Assembly (NCBI GenBank): GCA_964612055.1 | Contig: CAZTBI010000001.1 | Coordinates: forward strand, 5,688-69,687 | Direction: 5' to 3' | Origin: an uncultured Bdellovibrionales bacterium | GTDB taxonomy: Bacteria; Patescibacteriota; Minisyncoccia; Moranbacterales; UBA1568 | Length of the DNA stretch: 64,000 nucleotides | In this document: positions 17,904 through 27,853 of the stretch, in pieces | Position numbering within the stretch: position 1 is the first letter of the stretch | How the letters are laid out: the number at the start of each line of letters is the position of its first letter | The notes under the pieces: generated by a model | The model's input: only the letters and a program-made list of their open reading frames with translations | Told to the model about the DNA's origin: nothing | Database searches by the model: none | Made by a program: the position numbers and the translations under genes

Positions 17904-18152
17904 CTAGCGGAGGGCCTTGAGGATGGCGATAAGCACGACGGCACCAATTAAGGCGACGACGAAGCTGCCGAGGTTAAAGCCGCTGACGCTGCCACCGAGA
18001 CCGAGAAGACTAAAGATCCAGCTTCCAAGGACAGCTCCAACAATGCCGACAACGACATTGAGAAGGATGCCTTGTTGTCCATCGGTACCCATAAGCATTG
18101 ATGCTACCCAACCGACGAGACCTCCGAAGATGATATAAACGAGAAAACTCAT
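17904..18152 (-). CDS. GlsB/YeaQ/YmgE family membrane protein
   Basis: GGLVGWVAS..VVGIVGAVLG..VALIGAVVLI. Confidence 0.88.
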   Translation of the reverse strand: MSFLVYIIFGGLVGWVASMLMGTDGQQGILLNVVVGIVGAVLGSWIFSLLGLGGSVSGFNLGSFVVALIGAVVLIAILKALR

Positions 18153-18170
18153 AAGTGTGTGTTTTACAAA

Positions 18171-18527
18171 TTATTGATCCTGGCGATCAAGTTTGACTGC
18201 GGCCTCTGGTGTGGAAACCGTCTTGCCCATGACAAGCATCTTGATGATGCCCCAGGCGACAATGTAGTAAACCAACATAGCGAGGAGAGTCGTCCATTCG
18301 AAGACGCTACCTTGAGCCTTGGAGACTTTGAAGACAGTGACGAAAGGCGCGGCAAAGGGCGCCGTGATCATGTAGATGAAGTTGGTGAATCCAGCTCCGG
18401 CATTGGCACCGAGGAGTTTCAGAACAAACCGAAAGGCAAGGGCAACTTCGACGAGACCGAGGATATACCAGACAATCTGTGTCCCACGATAGAGGGGCTG
18501 GGTGCTGCTAGATGATTGCGCATCCAT
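18171..18527 (-). CDS. YggT-like membrane protein
   Basis: RFVLKLLGAN..F..FIY.IT.PF..PF pattern. Confidence 0.7.
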   Translation of the reverse strand: MDAQSSSSTQPLYRGTQIVWYILGLVEVALAFRFVLKLLGANAGAGFTNFIYMITAPFAAPFVTVFKVSKAQGSVFEWTTLLAMLVYYIVAWGIIKMLVMGKTVSTPEAAVKLDRQDQ

Positions 18528-18714
18528 AGAGTTAAAATTAACAATTACAACGCTGTTCCCAAAGAACGAGGTAGAACCATACGCGTATGTAGTTATGAAT
18601 TTTCACTCTCCCTATCTGTATTTTTAGTATACTCCTCTTAGTCAAGAATAGCGAATTTGTGTATGAAAATTGGGGAAACAAAAACCACCATTGGGAGATG
18701 GTAGTTTTCTTTGG

Positions 18715-18789
18715 TGGTAGCCCCAAGGGGAGTCGAACCCCTCTTACCAGGATGAAAACCTGGTGTCCTAACCGATAGACGATGGGGCC
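18715..18789 (-). tRNA. tRNA-Glu(TTC), CCA encoded
   Basis: Cloverleaf; ccagg-TT TTC AT-cctgg. Confidence 0.94.
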
Positions 18790-18868
18790 ATATTATTGGC
18801 CAAGTGAATACAAAAAAAGCAGACCAAACTGCGTGGCTAGTATAGCACAAAAACTCATTCTGGCAAGA

Positions 18869-19093
18869 CTAGCGGTCATCGCCTCTTTCGTAGCCTTCTA
18901 CATCTATATTTGCAGCGCGTTCACGACCCAAAAGGCGGGCAATTTCTTGCTCTCTCGTTTCTTGAGTATTCTTTACTACTTTTCTATCACTATCTGGTCG
19001 TCCGCTATCTGTCCATATAGAGTGAGCTCCGAGTTCGCCTGTCAGTTCTTTATCTTTGGGTAACTCTGGGAGTCGTCTCAAAGGCATTTCCAT
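18869..19093 (-). CDS. Hypothetical protein (about 74 aa)
   Basis: Charged ORF directly downstream of the GH1 gene; start trimmed to MEMPLRR. Confidence 0.45.
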   Translation of the reverse strand: MEMPLRRLPELPKDKELTGELGAHSIWTDSGRPDSDRKVVKNTQETREQEIARLLGRERAANIDVEGYERGDDR

Positions 19094-19104
19094 AGCTTTC
19101 TGTA

Positions 19105-20391
19105 TTAGGATTGAATTTTTGGACTCTTCTCTATTTCTATCTCCAAAGCGTTTTCTTGGCAAATCTGAGCATAGAAGAGGGCGGCCTTTCGGACAATGCG
19201 TTCCTGGTCTTCATAGTCAACAGCGATCAGGCCAAAACGTGGCCAAAAGCCTTTATCCCATTCGAAATTGTCGAGGAGTGACCAGTAAAAGTAGCCACGG
19301 ACATCAACGCCTTCCTCGATGGCCTGGTGGATCCAGAGCAAGTGATCGCGGATGAAATCGATACGGTAATCGTCGAAAGCATCGGCCAAACCGTTTTCGG
19401 TGATATAGATAGGGAGGTTGTACTGATGGAGTTCTTTCAAGACATTGTAAATGCCTTTGGGATAAATTTCCCAACCAAGATCGTTGATTGGTTTATCGCC
19501 CAAGTGGACCTTGCGGGGGAATTTGAAACGGTTGTGGAAATAATACTGAGCAGTGAGGAAGTCATGGGTGCCGCGGGTTAAACGGAGGAAGTATTCATTG
19601 GTGAAGAAATGTGAGAAACGAATCATGAGCGTGTCGAAGAACGAGTGCTCGTGGTAGGGCTCAAAGGAGTGAAGGAGATTGGCCAAACCGACTTGGGCGT
19701 TTGGATTGATCTCGTGAATGACGTGGTAGGCTCGCTTGTGGGAGTCGGCCAAAATTTTGTAGACACGATGTGCGACGAAGTAACTTTTCTTTTGTGGTGG
19801 CCACTGGCCGGTAGTATAAGAGCCAGCGATGACGGAGGTCGGTTCATTGAGAGGAATCCAAAACGTCACCAAATCATTGAGTCGGGAAACAACGAAGTGG
19901 GTATAGCGTTCAAAGTAAACTGGAAATTCTTTTGAAGACACTCCGCCTTTGTCACGAAGCCATAGAGGCATAGTCCAATGCCAGAGAGTGACGAAAGGAG
20001 TGAGGCCACGCTCATGGAGGGCGAGTAAAACATCGCGGTAGTGATTGAGAGCCTGCTCGTCGAACTGGCCTTCGACCGGTTCGATGCGTGACCATTCAAT
20101 AGAAAATCGGTGGGCGTTGTGGTGGAGTGATTTGGCCAGGTCGAAGTCTTCCTTGAATCGGTTGTAGTGATCGCAGGCGATGCCAGAGATGTAGTTTTTT
20201 GGATCTTCGGCTTCGGGGCGGAGGCGCTCCCAGTATTTGATATGGCCGAATTTCTTATGAGCTTCTTTGGCGAGGCGTTCGGCGTTTTCTTTTTCCCATT
20301 CAGACCAATCGTTGGTAGTATTTCCCTCAACTTGGTGGGCAGAAGTGGCCGCGCCCCAGAGAAAGCCTTTTGGAAATTGCAATTTGGACAT
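19105..20391 (-). CDS. Glycoside hydrolase family 1 (beta-glucosidase-like)
   Basis: FPKGFLWGAATSAHQVEG, RFSIEWSRI, NEP (acid/base), ITENG (nucleophile), WSLLDNFEW. Confidence 0.95.
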   Translation of the reverse strand: MSKLQFPKGFLWGAATSAHQVEGNTTNDWSEWEKENAERLAKEAHKKFGHIKYWERLRPEAEDPKNYISGIACDHYNRFKEDFDLAKSLHHNAHRFSIEWSRIEPVEGQFDEQALNHYRDVLLALHERGLTPFVTLWHWTMPLWLRDKGGVSSKEFPVYFERYTHFVVSRLNDLVTFWIPLNEPTSVIAGSYTTGQWPPQKKSYFVAHRVYKILADSHKRAYHVIHEINPNAQVGLANLLHSFEPYHEHSFFDTLMIRFSHFFTNEYFLRLTRGTHDFLTAQYYFHNRFKFPRKVHLGDKPINDLGWEIYPKGIYNVLKELHQYNLPIYITENGLADAFDDYRIDFIRDHLLWIHQAIEEGVDVRGYFYWSLLDNFEWDKGFWPRFGLIAVDYEDQERIVRKAALFYAQICQENALEIEIEKSPKIQS

Positions 20392-20484
20392 ACGGAAAAA
20401 GAAAATGTATCTGAGGTGAATTGTAGCGTAGATTGAAGGAAAAAGAAAAAGCTGCAGGCACGTTGTGCTGCAGCAGAAATTAGT

Positions 20485-20697
20485 AGGGGTTGGTTTAGCC
20501 AAGATGCTTCGCGAGATTGGTCAGGCTTTCACTTGCGCTTATTGCCCTGACGTTGTAACACCTCACCAGCCACCTGCGTTGTGAGACTTAGATCCATAAG
20601 GCGCATTACGCCTAACTTCAGATTCCCACTGGCCCCTCCTTCCACCCAGGCTATTCACCTGAGTAAAGGAATCTCGGTTGATTTCTTCCAACGCCCT
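20485..20697 (-). ncRNA. Candidate ~215-nt multibranched ncRNA
   Basis: Promoter TTGCCA-17-TAAAAT; terminal helix agggcgttgg/ccaacccct; internal hairpins; terminator gctgcag/ctgcagc plus T-run at 20440-20474. Confidence 0.6.
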
Positions 20698-20789
20698 TAA
20701 CTTTAACTACTGCATATTTTAATGGATAAGTTTTTCTTTGGCAAGTGTTGACTTTTTACTCAAAAATAGGTATGGTATAAGATGTACTT

Positions 20790-22484
20790 ATGAGTGATTT
20801 TTCCTTTCCTGATCCAAAAACTACCGAGCCGAAAAAACGGCGCGTTCAGCGGGCGATTGAGATGATCCCGGGTCTTTTGACGTGGACGACTCTTTTGGGG
20901 ATGTTGGCGCTCTCTTTCTTCTTGCCGGTGTGGGCGGCGGTGCTCGTCATTGTCTTTGATATTTACTGGATTCACAAGGCGTTCTATATCTCACTTTTCT
21001 CGGTGGCGGGGAATATAGATGTGGAAGAGGGGAAGCGCATCAACTGGTGGGAGCGTTGCCAGAACGTTGCTCATCCGGAAGCCTATAGCGAACTGCTCGA
21101 GGAGCGAATCAAAAGTATCTACGACGGCGCGAAGGAAATCCCATTTTTTCACTTTCGAGAGCGTCGCACCGTGAGGAAAGAAATTGCTCGCCTCAAAAAG
21201 ATTCGCAAAGAAACGCGAGAACTTATCCCAATTCAGGATCAAATCATGGATTGGCGCGAGGTGCTCCACGTCGTTTTGCTTCCGACAGCAGGGGAACCAG
21301 CGGACGTTATCGAGCCGGCACTGCAATCCTTGGCTGACAATAATTTTCCGAAGGAGCAGATGATTATTCTTTTGGCGACAGAAGAGCGTGAGGATCCGGA
21401 GACGCGTTTGCCAAAGGTGGAATATTTGAAGAAAAAGTTTGATGGTGTGTTTCGTGATTTTCTGGTGACGACCCACATCGTCGAAGGCGGCGAGATGAAG
21501 TGTAAGGCATCGAATGCGAAGTTTGCTGCCCGGGAACTCCAGAAGTATCTTGACGAACGAGCGATTGATTACAAGCGCGTCATTTTTTCGAACTTTGACT
21601 GTGATAGCGTGGCGCATCCAGAGTACTTTGCGGCGCTCACTTATGAATACATCATCGATCCCAAGCGTTTGCAGCGTGCGTACCAGCCGCTTCCGATGTA
21701 TCACAACAACATCTGGGATACGAATGCTTTTGTGCGCCTGGTGGTGACTGGTTCGTCATTTTGGCATCTGTACCAGAGTACGCGCAAAGAGATGGTGACG
21801 TTCTCATCGCACTCGGAGCCGTTTGATACGTTGGTCAAGGTGGGTTTCTGGCCGGTGAATATGATCAGTGAAGACTCAGTGATTTACTGGAAGTGTCTGG
21901 CGTATTTCCATGGCGACTATCGGGTGCAGCCAATCCATCTGCCGATATCACTTGATGCGGTACTTGCTGAGACGTATTGGAAGACGCTCAAGAATCAGTA
22001 CAAACAGAAACGGCGCTGGGCCTATGGTATCGAGAACTTCCCGGTGACGATGCGGGCTATTTGGCCAGACAAAGTCATCGCGCTTCGCACCAAACTGCGC
22101 ATTACCTTTGAGATGCTTGAAGGTCACTATTCCTGGGCTACGACCTCGTTCATCCTGACGTTCCTCGGATGGTTGCCACTTGTTTTGGGCGGATCAGCTT
22201 TCCGAGAAAGCGTCTTGGCACACAATCTACCTTTTATTACCAAAACTCTCATGACGCTCGGTATGATGGGGCTTCTTATCTCGATTCCGATGTCACTTCT
22301 GTCGTTACCACCGCGACCAAAACGCTATCATTGGAGCCGACACTTTCTCATGGTTTTTCAGTGGGTGTTGATCCCCTTGGTTGGTTTCCTTTCGGCACTC
22401 CCGGCTATTGATTCGCAGACGCGTATCTTGCTTGGGAAATACTTTGGTGAATTCTGGGTCACAGAAAAAATGCGCAAAAACTAG
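20790..22484 (+). CDS. Processive GT2 family glycosyltransferase (membrane)
   Basis: DCD, SED, QKRRW motifs; N- and C-terminal TMs. Confidence 0.88.
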   Translation: MSDFSFPDPKTTEPKKRRVQRAIEMIPGLLTWTTLLGMLALSFFLPVWAAVLVIVFDIYWIHKAFYISLFSVAGNIDVEEGKRINWWERCQNVAHPEAYSELLEERIKSIYDGAKEIPFFHFRERRTVRKEIARLKKIRKETRELIPIQDQIMDWREVLHVVLLPTAGEPADVIEPALQSLADNNFPKEQMIILLATEEREDPETRLPKVEYLKKKFDGVFRDFLVTTHIVEGGEMKCKASNAKFAARELQKYLDERAIDYKRVIFSNFDCDSVAHPEYFAALTYEYIIDPKRLQRAYQPLPMYHNNIWDTNAFVRLVVTGSSFWHLYQSTRKEMVTFSSHSEPFDTLVKVGFWPVNMISEDSVIYWKCLAYFHGDYRVQPIHLPISLDAVLAETYWKTLKNQYKQKRRWAYGIENFPVTMRAIWPDKVIALRTKLRITFEMLEGHYSWATTSFILTFLGWLPLVLGGSAFRESVLAHNLPFITKTLMTLGMMGLLISIPMSLLSLPPRPKRYHWSRHFLMVFQWVLIPLVGFLSALPAIDSQTRILLGKYFGEFWVTEKMRKN

Positions 22485-22581
22485 ATTAGAAACAGAGAAA
22501 AAAGCAGGCGCCTCGTGAAAACTTGGCGCCTTTTTTATCGTAGTAACAGTGTAGGTATCTCTCAAATTGCAACACTATTCT

Positions 22582-23199
22582 ATGAAATTCATTCTTTTTT
22601 TGCAGAACATAGTCATCGGTATCTCCTTATTTTTACTGGGGCTTATACCGGTATATTCTCAAGTTTTTGGGATGGATTTTACCGTGCGAGGTATCTTGTA
22701 TACGATCTCGTTTGCAGCAGTGTTTGCGGTTATGGTGGTTCGGCCGCTGGCAGACATTACGAACTGGTCTTTTCTGCGTCGCCTGGTAATCTTGCGCAAG
22801 GGTTTTGGCATCTTGTCCTCATCGATCATTGTCGGTTTCATGATTGATGCTATTGTCACGCCAGGCTCTCCTTACATCGCGTCGCTTCTTGCGGGGACAT
22901 TCTTCTCCTTTAGTCACCTGGTATTCTTCGCTCATCTTGGCGATATTTCTGGGCTGATCCTGCTCCTCACCTCGAACACTTTTTCCCAGAAACTCCTCAA
23001 ACAAAACTGGAAGCGAGTTCAGCGTCTCTCCTATGTGTATTTCTATGCCGGTGGCATTTACGAGGCGTTCACACTTGATAGCATGTTCGCGCTGTATGCT
23101 ATTTTGCTGGTGACGAATCTGACGGTTCTGGCCTGGGCAATCAAGATATATCGTCGATCAGGGATTACCAAACAAAATCCTGTCATGTCCGTGGCCTAG
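22582..23199 (+). CDS. Ferric reductase-like / MsrQ-like transmembrane protein
   Basis: VRPL, LRKGFGI, LLLTSN, WKRVQRLSY motifs. Confidence 0.75.
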   Translation: MKFILFLQNIVIGISLFLLGLIPVYSQVFGMDFTVRGILYTISFAAVFAVMVVRPLADITNWSFLRRLVILRKGFGILSSSIIVGFMIDAIVTPGSPYIASLLAGTFFSFSHLVFFAHLGDISGLILLLTSNTFSQKLLKQNWKRVQRLSYVYFYAGGIYEAFTLDSMFALYAILLVTNLTVLAWAIKIYRRSGITKQNPVMSVA

Positions 23200-25284
23200 C
23201 TATTCGAGATGAATTTTTTCTTCGAAGATCCGCAGAGCCTTCTGAAGGAGTGGATGCTTGGTAAGGAGGGGATCAGAAACAAGAATATTCTTCGCCTCAT
23301 CACGAGCGATGGTGATGAGTTTCATATTGTTTAGGTTTTCCATAGCAATGTCTGGCAGACCTGACTGGCGACTGCCGAAAAAGGCTCCAGGGCCCCGGAT
23401 ACCGAGGTCCACCTCGGCAATTTCGAAGCCGTTATTGGTCTTCTCGAGAATCTTCAGACGTTCGTTGTTTACGCCAGATTCTTTCCCGGGAAGAAGAAAA
23501 CAGTACGACTGATGTTCGCCTCTTCCGACACGTCCACGGAATTGGTGCAGTTGGGCGAGACCGAAGCGCTCGGCTTCTTCGATCATCATGATGCTGGCGT
23601 TTGGTACATCGATTCCCACTTCGACGACAGCGGTCGCGACCAAGATATCATACTTCTTTTCTTTGAAATCACGCATCACTGATTCTTTTTCTTTTGCTTT
23701 CAGTTTGCCATGAAGCAGTCCAATCGAGAGGTGAGGAAAGATGCTTTCGGCCAAATGCTCACGCTCTGCGACAGCCGCTTTCACATCTTTGAGTGCCATG
23801 GATTCTTCGACTAATGGAAAGATGATAAATGCTTGGCGACCTTTGGTGATTTCGCTTCGGATGAATTCATAGATCTTCTCACGGTCTTTTCCGTTCCTCG
23901 CGATTTTAGTAATGATCGGCTTGCGATTTTTTGGGAGTTCATCCAAGAGTGAGAGGTCAAGGTTGCCGAAAAAAGCGAGCGTGAGCGTGCGCGGGATAGG
24001 AGTAGCGGTCATGGAGAGGAAGTGCGGCACAAACTCCTTCGATCCGTCCAAGCTATTGAAAGAAAGCTCTTGGAGTTTGGCGCGCTGAGAAACACCAAAG
24101 CGATGCTGTTCGTCGACAACGATGAGAGCCAGGTTGTCGAAAGCGACGTCATCTTGGATCAAGGCGTGGGTGCCGACGATGATCCTTGGGATGCCGGCCC
24201 GGATAGCTTTGAGGAGCGTCGGACGGGTGGTTGTTTGACCATCCAAGATCCGGTAGCTACCAGTGAAGAGGGCGATATCGTGGTTGGTAGCAGCAAAGAC
24301 TTTGGTAAGACTTTCAAAGTGTTGGCGCGCGAGAACTTCGGTTGGAGCAAGGATGGCAGTTTGGAATCCATTTTCTGCAGCCACAAAGGCGGCCAAGCCT
24401 GCGACAATGGTTTTGCCACTTCCCACGTCGCCGTTTAAGAGACGGTTCATTGGTCGTGCCTGCTTCATGTCTTGTAGGATTTCGGAACTTGCTTTGTGTT
24501 GGGCGTTGGTGAGGGTGAAGGGAAGTAAACTTACAAATTTTTTTACGAGATCGTCAGTATAGGGGAGTGCGGTAGCTTGGGCAGTTTCAAAGAGCGCCTT
24601 TACTTGCAAGGCTTTGAGTTGTACAAAGAGCATTTCGTCAAAAGCGAAACGTTTTCGAGCAAGAAGTTCGTGTGTGGCATCAACGGGAAAGTGAATATAG
24701 AAGAGTGCTTGTTTCAAAGAAGGGAGGTGAAGTTTTTTCAAGATATCTTCTGGAACGGGATCTGGAAAGTCGGTGAGTTTTTGAAAAATACCGGTGAGTT
24801 GCCAGCGGAAGAATTTTGAAGTAAGCCCTGCTGTTTCTGGGTAGACCGGAACCAGACGACCAGTGTGCGTGGCGTCACGCGCTGAACGTTCAAAAGCCGG
24901 ATTCTGCATGAGGATACCTTGTCTATCGCTGGTCACTTTGCCGCTGACGCGGATAGTCATGCCAGCTTTCAATGTCTGGGCGACGAAACGTTGATTGAAC
25001 CAGATGAGGCGAATTTTTCCGCTCGCATCCTCGAGTGTCACCTCGGTCAGAAACATTTTTTTCTTGAAAGTGCGCCCGGCTTCGATAGTAGTCACAGTTC
25101 CCTCGATGGTGCAGAGCTCATTTGGAACAAGGGCGTCGATGGTGAGGACAGAGGAGTAGTCTTCGTAGCGAAAAGGAAAGTGGTAGAGCAGGTCGCGCAC
25201 GGTCATAATACCCATGCGCTCAAGCTTGGCGAGGGTCAGTTTTTTGATTGAAGAAATGGTGGAAAGCGGAGTTTCGAAAGTCAT
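23200..25284 (-). CDS. recG: ATP-dependent DNA helicase RecG
   Basis: GDVGSGKT, DEQHRFG, MTATPIPR, QFRGRVGRG, RGPG. Confidence 0.97.
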   Translation of the reverse strand: MTFETPLSTISSIKKLTLAKLERMGIMTVRDLLYHFPFRYEDYSSVLTIDALVPNELCTIEGTVTTIEAGRTFKKKMFLTEVTLEDASGKIRLIWFNQRFVAQTLKAGMTIRVSGKVTSDRQGILMQNPAFERSARDATHTGRLVPVYPETAGLTSKFFRWQLTGIFQKLTDFPDPVPEDILKKLHLPSLKQALFYIHFPVDATHELLARKRFAFDEMLFVQLKALQVKALFETAQATALPYTDDLVKKFVSLLPFTLTNAQHKASSEILQDMKQARPMNRLLNGDVGSGKTIVAGLAAFVAAENGFQTAILAPTEVLARQHFESLTKVFAATNHDIALFTGSYRILDGQTTTRPTLLKAIRAGIPRIIVGTHALIQDDVAFDNLALIVVDEQHRFGVSQRAKLQELSFNSLDGSKEFVPHFLSMTATPIPRTLTLAFFGNLDLSLLDELPKNRKPIITKIARNGKDREKIYEFIRSEITKGRQAFIIFPLVEESMALKDVKAAVAEREHLAESIFPHLSIGLLHGKLKAKEKESVMRDFKEKKYDILVATAVVEVGIDVPNASIMMIEEAERFGLAQLHQFRGRVGRGEHQSYCFLLPGKESGVNNERLKILEKTNNGFEIAEVDLGIRGPGAFFGSRQSGLPDIAMENLNNMKLITIARDEAKNILVSDPLLTKHPLLQKALRIFEEKIHLE

Positions 25285-25407
25285 GTTTCCAGTATATCAT
25301 CCTGGAGTCCTGAGAAAAAAAGCAGACCTGCCACACGTGAGAGCATGGCAGGTCTAAAAGATCCGCATTTACGTCGCGGACCGAGGAGGGCAAGGAACAG
25401 GGTGATG

Positions 25408-25761
25408 TCAGGCCGTAAGCTGCTGGGAAGCAGTTGCGGTCACGGTATAGCTGAGGGGCAGGGAACGTTGTCGGCGTTCCTGTTTCTTCGGTTCTTCATA
25501 GTGGAACCCGATGCTCTCCAGATAGAGCAGAAGCTCTTCCTGGAGTTTCTCGGGAGCGTCGGTTGTTGTGGTGGCTGGACGGAAGTACAACCCGTTCAGA
25601 GCTGTGGTCATGTCGAAAGGTGTTCGCCCAGCGTGTTTTTGTTCGCGCTTGGCGTAGCCAATGACAGTGCCCAGTGACCTGATCGGGGGAATTCCCTCGG
25701 TAAAGGTCACGGAAAACCCGGTTCCATCGAAGGAGACGGAGGAAAAGGTAGCGATTCTCAT
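25408..25761 (-). CDS. Hypothetical orphan protein (about 117 aa)
   Basis: GAGGA SD before MRIATF; TTGACA promoter; terminator agacctgcca/tggcaggtct. Confidence 0.6.
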   Translation of the reverse strand: MRIATFSSVSFDGTGFSVTFTEGIPPIRSLGTVIGYAKREQKHAGRTPFDMTTALNGLYFRPATTTTDAPEKLQEELLLYLESIGFHYEEPKKQERRQRSLPLSYTVTATASQQLTA

Positions 25762-25864
25762 TGAGTCCTCATTGATTGTTGGTCTTTCCTTGTCCTTCTC
25801 GTTGGTATTGTTAAGTAGCTTTCTTAAAGTACTGAAGAAGAGATCTTTTGTCAACTAAAAAATG

Positions 25865-25936
25865 TGTCCTCGCGTGGAATCGAACCACGATTTCATCCTT
25901 CGGAGGGATGTGTCTTATCCGTTATACGACGAGGAC
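25865..25936 (-). tRNA. tRNA-Arg(CCG)
   Basis: catcc-CT CCG AA-ggatg; GTTCGA T-loop. Confidence 0.92.
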
Positions 25937-25985
25937 GTAGCTTTCCTATACTACTGAAAGACAAGGTAAATGGCAAAACCTCAAG

Positions 25986-26031
25986 CGGGCAACTCCCGTT
26001 TCCCGACCCCTTCCTATCCGATTCTTGCCGG
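25986..26031 (-). repeat. tRNA-linked element: antisense T-arm copy plus 29-nt conserved motif
   Basis: 15-nt inverted copy of tRNA 26087-26101 at 26017-26031; motif identical to 26997-27025. Confidence 0.85.
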
Positions 26032-26081
26032 ACACAAACAAAAAAAAGAATCCCATAAAGGAATTCTTTTTTGTTTCATTG

Positions 26082-26154
26082 TGCGCCCGGCAAGAATCGG
26101 ACTTACGACCTTCTGGACCGCAACCAGACGCTCTATCCACTGAGCTACGGGCGC
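26082..26154 (-). tRNA. tRNA-Arg(GCG) with non-canonical TCCGATT T-loop
   Basis: tctgg-TT GCG GT-ccaga; acceptor GCGCCCG/CGGGCGC. Confidence 0.88.
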
Positions 26155-26166
26155 AACGCGGCACCC

Positions 26167-26736
26167 TTAAATATGCAGCAATTTCTCAATACTGTCAACC
26201 AGTCCTGGTTCATGTTTGTCCTCGGGTACAAATTGCACCAAGACCTGGTAGAGCTCTTCAACCGGCAAAGTAGTGATAGGAATATGAACATGAGAGACGA
26301 GATGACCGTTCGTTTTGATGGAAAGAAGATTGTCAAAAGGGGGTTCATCGTAGAGATGAAAGGACTCGATATCCTCGTATTCGTAGAATTCTTTGGCGGC
26401 CACAATACCTTTGGTGGTCAGGTAAAAAGGTAGGATACGTGGTTCATGACCAAGCGCCAGATAGCCCGTCATGCCGATGAGAATAAAAGTGATGGCCATG
26501 AGGGGGCTGTTGGTATAGAGCGCCCAGGCGATAATAGCAATAAGAAGAAACAGCACGACGATGCGGGACTTGGGTCCGAGTTCCAAGGGTTCGTGTTCTG
26601 GCGCATCCCAGTGAAGGAGGATTTGGCCATACTGCGGGGCAAGGGTGTGCGTGTCGCGAGGTGTCTGAGGCACCGGTGTTGGTTGAGAAGTCTTGTTTAC
26701 TTTTCCACCGTCGTGAAACGAGTGATGAGCGTTCAT
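26167..26736 (-). CDS. Conserved hypothetical membrane protein (CPR-type, 2 TM)
   Basis: W.APEH..TM-TM..GI....Y.Y..IESF pattern. Confidence 0.75.
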   Translation of the reverse strand: MNAHHSFHDGGKVNKTSQPTPVPQTPRDTHTLAPQYGQILLHWDAPEHEPLELGPKSRIVVLFLLIAIIAWALYTNSPLMAITFILIGMTGYLALGHEPRILPFYLTTKGIVAAKEFYEYEDIESFHLYDEPPFDNLLSIKTNGHLVSHVHIPITTLPVEELYQVLVQFVPEDKHEPGLVDSIEKLLHI

Positions 26737-26836
26737 AGGGTAATATTGATTTTCTTTACTATACCATATTTTTACTGAAAACAGATACTCTTCACAAAGG
26801 CAGGCATGCCTGATACCATGACGAGGTAGAAAATTT

Positions 26837-26923
26837 GGAAGCGTGGCCGAGTGGTTGAAGGCAACAGTCTTGAAAACTGTCGTACCCGAAAGGGTATCGT
26901 GAGTTCGAATCTCACCGCTTCCG
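26837..26923 (+). tRNA. tRNA-Ser(TGA)
   Basis: acagt-CT TGA AA-actgt; long variable arm. Confidence 0.95.
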
Positions 26924-26980
26924 CTGTTGAAGTAAAGAAGGAACTACCTTGTGCAGTTCCTTCTTTACTTTTATGATGGA

Positions 26981-27122
26981 GGTGAGATTCGAACAGGGAA
27001 GGGGTCGGGAAACGGGAGTTGCCCGTTCGGGGTGACCCAGACTTGTTCTGGGACTAGAGGGCGGCCCGTCTCGACGAGGCAAGCCGAGGTGGAAAGCCCT
27101 ATAGAACGCAGTCCGCTTCTGC
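26981..27122 (+). repeat. tRNA-linked element: antisense T-arm copy, 29-nt motif, degenerate 3'-end copy
   Basis: ggtgagattcgaac is the reverse complement of the tRNA T-arm; motif 26997-27025; ccgcttctgc resembles tRNA end ccgcttccgc. Confidence 0.8.
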
Positions 27123-27136
27123 ATTTGTAGTTTGTT

Positions 27137-27760
27137 ATGTCAAAAAAAGCTCTTCTTTTTGTGAGTGTAGGAGCGGTTCTTATCGGACTTCTTGTGTTTT
27201 GGTATTTTTCTCGAGACTGGGAGATCAAGAACTATCCTTCTTCGAAGAGCGGGCCGGTACTGATGTTCGGTGATAGCTTGGTAGAGGGGGTTGGCGCGAC
27301 AGCGGGCAATACATTGCCAGATCAGCTTGGGAAATCCATCGGCATCTCTATTTTGAATTACGGTGTCAGTGGCGACACGACCCGTGATGGACTAGCGCGA
27401 CTCAGTCCGGCGCTCAAAGAAAATCCCAAAGTTGCAATCATTCTTCTTGGAGGGAATGATTTCTTGAAAAAGATTCCTCGCGAGGAAACCTTTCAGAATT
27501 TAGAAAAAATTGTTGTTGCTTTTCAGGCACAAGGATCGATCACGGTAGTTGTCGGAGTACGGAGTGGTATCGTCAGCGGGGGAGCGGACGAAGAATATGA
27601 AGCTCTGGCCGAGCGTACTGGATCGATCTATGTATCAGATGTCCTTTCCGGTGTTTTCGCTCACTCAGATCTGATGAGCGATGCCCTTCATCCGAATGAT
27701 CGTGGCTATCAGCAGATTGCGGAGCGTTTGACTCCATTACTCTCGAAATACTTGAAATAG
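27137..27760 (+). CDS. GDSL/SGNH arylesterase (TesA-like), membrane anchored
   Basis: FGDSL, GVSGDTT, LGGND, DALHP. Confidence 0.92.
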   Translation: MSKKALLFVSVGAVLIGLLVFWYFSRDWEIKNYPSSKSGPVLMFGDSLVEGVGATAGNTLPDQLGKSIGISILNYGVSGDTTRDGLARLSPALKENPKVAIILLGGNDFLKKIPREETFQNLEKIVVAFQAQGSITVVVGVRSGIVSGGADEEYEALAERTGSIYVSDVLSGVFAHSDLMSDALHPNDRGYQQIAERLTPLLSKYLK

Positions 27761-27853
27761 TCGCTTACTCTAGAGTTAGCACTCTCATTGGTAGTTTGCT
27801 AGTTTTCTGGTATTTGAGTATACTGGGAGAATACTAATATTTTTTATAACACT

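Noticed and set aside
18712-18717. Genomic CCACCA after tRNA-Glu (a CCACCA tail marks unstable tRNAs for decay)
   Set aside because: A single 3-nt coincidence next to a terminator; the decay tag is added after transcription.
25986-27025. Invertible segment bounded by the two identical 29-nt motifs in opposite orientation
   Set aside because: The orientation follows simply from each motif trailing a divergently transcribed tRNA; no invertase is nearby.
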